Source: Clostridia bacterium | GTDB taxonomy: Bacteria > UBA6262 > WVXT01 | Assembly: GCA_030671905.1 (NCBI GenBank) | Contig: DAOVHK010000001.1 | Span: 1 to 38,086 of the forward strand | Length of the DNA: 38,086 nucleotides | Direction: 5' to 3' | In this document: positions 36,655-38,086 of the stretch, in pieces | How positions within the stretch are numbered: the first letter of the stretch is position 1 | How the letters are laid out: each line of letters begins with the position of its first letter | Position numbers and translations under genes: made by a program | The notes under the pieces: model-generated | What the model saw: only the letters and a program-made list of their open reading frames with translations | What the model was told of the DNA's origin: nothing | Database searches by the model: none

Positions 36655-38086
36655 GTGGGTACTCTCCATTTTTCTTTAGACCCTAATAGACTGTGGCTGG
36701 TAATAGCCGCTATTCTCGTCTTAGTAGCTCTCTTATACTGGAATTTCAAATGGATAGAGAAAAGAAAAGGTCTATTTTTTATCCTAAGGCTATCAATCTA
36801 TCTCCTTCTCATATTTCTTCTCTTTGAGCCAGTAAGAACTATAGAAGAGAAACCAGATGAAGAAGCAAGCGTCGCTTTTTTGATAGATATCTCAAGCAGC
36901 ATGGGAGTGAAGGATCCTATTTCCCGGTTCTCTCTGGTCAAAGAATTTCTGAAAGGTCCTTTACTCGAAGGGTTAAAAGAGAAATATAATCTTCTTTTCT
37001 TTACTTTCGCCTCCACCTTCAGGCGAGCTACAGTAGAAGAAATCCTGCAGTCGATTCCTCAAGGAAAATCGACAGATATTGGACAGGCTTTGGATGGCTT
37101 AGAAGAAGAACTTCGTGGCCAGAGACTGGCGGGAATTTTCCTCCTTACAGACGGAGCTCATAATGTAGGAAGAGATCCCCGTCTGGTAACTGAAAGGATT
37201 CCTGCCTCTATCTTTTCCGTCGGTGTGGGGAATCCCCGAGAATTCAAGGATTTGCAAATTTCTGAAGTTCAAGTTAGCGATTTTGTTTTCAAGAATACTC
37301 CCACAGATATAGGGGTGAACATAAGAAGTTATGGATTTGAAAATAAGGAGATATCGGTTATTTTGAAGAAAGAGACGGAGATACTCCAGACAAAGAAAGT
37401 TCGCATGCCCGAAGACGGGAAAGAGGTCTCTTTGAGTTTGCGATTCACTCCCCGCTTGACAGGCTCTTTCCACTATACGGTTTCCGTTCCCTCTTACAGA
37501 GGTGAGATCTCCTTTGTCAATAACAGAAAAGATTTCACTCTCCAGGTACTGCGGGATAAAATTAGAATTCTCTACATCTGTGGACAGCCAAGCTGGGAAT
37601 ATAAATTTTTAAGGACTGCTTTGAAGAGCAACCCCAGCATAGAACTTGTCTCTTTTATAATCCTGCGTAATCCCGAAAATATCTCTATAGTGCCGGAAAA
37701 TCAGCTTTCCTTGATTCCCTTTCCTACAACAGAAATATTTACTAAACAGATATTCAGCTTCGATTTACTTATATTTGAAAATTTTACCTATACCCGTTTC
37801 GGGATTCCCAAAAAGTACATGGAGAACATTCGAAAATTCGTTATGGAAACAGGGGGAGGCTTTCTGATGATAGGTGGAGATAACTCTTTTGCCCGGGGAA
37901 GATATAAAGGGACACCGATTGAAGAGATATTGCCGGTGGAAATGGAGGAGGTAAAAGGAAACATTATAGATGGTAAATTCAAAATGTTAACCAGAGAAGC
38001 CACTCATCCAATTCTGAGATTATCCGATAACCCGGGAGAGAATAGCCGGATATGGGCAAGGATGCCGGAGTTGGATGGCTGCAATC
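36655..38086 (+). CDS. membrane vWA protein with a GATase1-like C-terminal region (3' partial, continues past the window)
   Basis: Absent from the ORF track because there is no stop before the window end. I translated by hand from GTG 36655 (SD GGGAGGGGGGG) to 38086 and found no stop. It has two TMs, FLIDISSSMG (DxSxS at 36886-36900), LLTDGAHN, and later ILYICGQPSWEYKFLR and GGGFLMIGG. The minus-strand ORFs in this region look like shadow ORFs. Confidence 0.8.
   Translation, partial: MGTLHFSLDPNRLWLVIAAILVLVALLYWNFKWIEKRKGLFFILRLSIYLLLIFLLFEPVRTIEEKPDEEASVAFLIDISSSMGVKDPISRFSLVKEFLKGPLLEGLKEKYNLLFFTFASTFRRATVEEILQSIPQGKSTDIGQALDGLEEELRGQRLAGIFLLTDGAHNVGRDPRLVTERIPASIFSVGVGNPREFKDLQISEVQVSDFVFKNTPTDIGVNIRSYGFENKEISVILKKETEILQTKKVRMPEDGKEVSLSLRFTPRLTGSFHYTVSVPSYRGEISFVNNRKDFTLQVLRDKIRILYICGQPSWEYKFLRTALKSNPSIELVSFIILRNPENISIVPENQLSLIPFPTTEIFTKQIFSFDLLIFENFTYTRFGIPKKYMENIRKFVMETGGGFLMIGGDNSFARGRYKGTPIEEILPVEMEEVKGNIIDGKFKMLTREATHPILRLSDNPGENSRIWARMPELDGCN

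Overview
All 38 protein-coding genes I can support in this window lie on the + strand, in an AT-rich bacterial genome of uncertain phylum. It has diderm hallmarks (a LolA-like gene and a Bat-like operon). From 1.1 to 22.6 kb the window reproduces the conserved translation and envelope-lipid block rpsB-tsf-pyrH-frr-uppS-cdsA-dxr-rseP-(ispG-radC)-proS-nusA-infB-DUF503-rbfA-(nrnA)-truB-ribF-(GGDEF cyclase)-rpsO-pnp. From 22.6 to 31.5 kb it carries an accB-like gene, a small wHTH gene, uppP, ftsK-lolA, rodZ-pgsA-pgpA-recA, an MBL-fold hydrolase and xerD. From 31.7 kb to the end there is a five-gene MoxR AAA+/DUF58/BatA-like/DUF4159/vWA operon whose last gene runs off the window. I found no rRNA, tRNA, CRISPR array, transposase, prophage or recognisable defence genes. 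I see no convincing evidence for a wholly new multi-gene system, since most of the window is core genome. The observations most worth a second look are: (1) a hairpin-rich palindromic repeat present as a 114-bp copy after xerD and as a short inverted copy after infB; (2) the poorly understood MoxR/vWA operon, which has three MIDAS-type DxSxS motifs; (3) a Rossmann-GAF-GGDEF cyclase inserted into the conserved block behind a perfect consensus promoter placed to give a leaderless mRNA; (4) structured candidate leaders upstream of rpsB, nusA and rpsO; (5) a truB whose conserved N-terminus lies upstream of any canonical start codon; (6) a tail-anchored protein with a UBA-like head upstream of rpsB. 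All protein family calls rest on motifs read by eye, and no database search was run.
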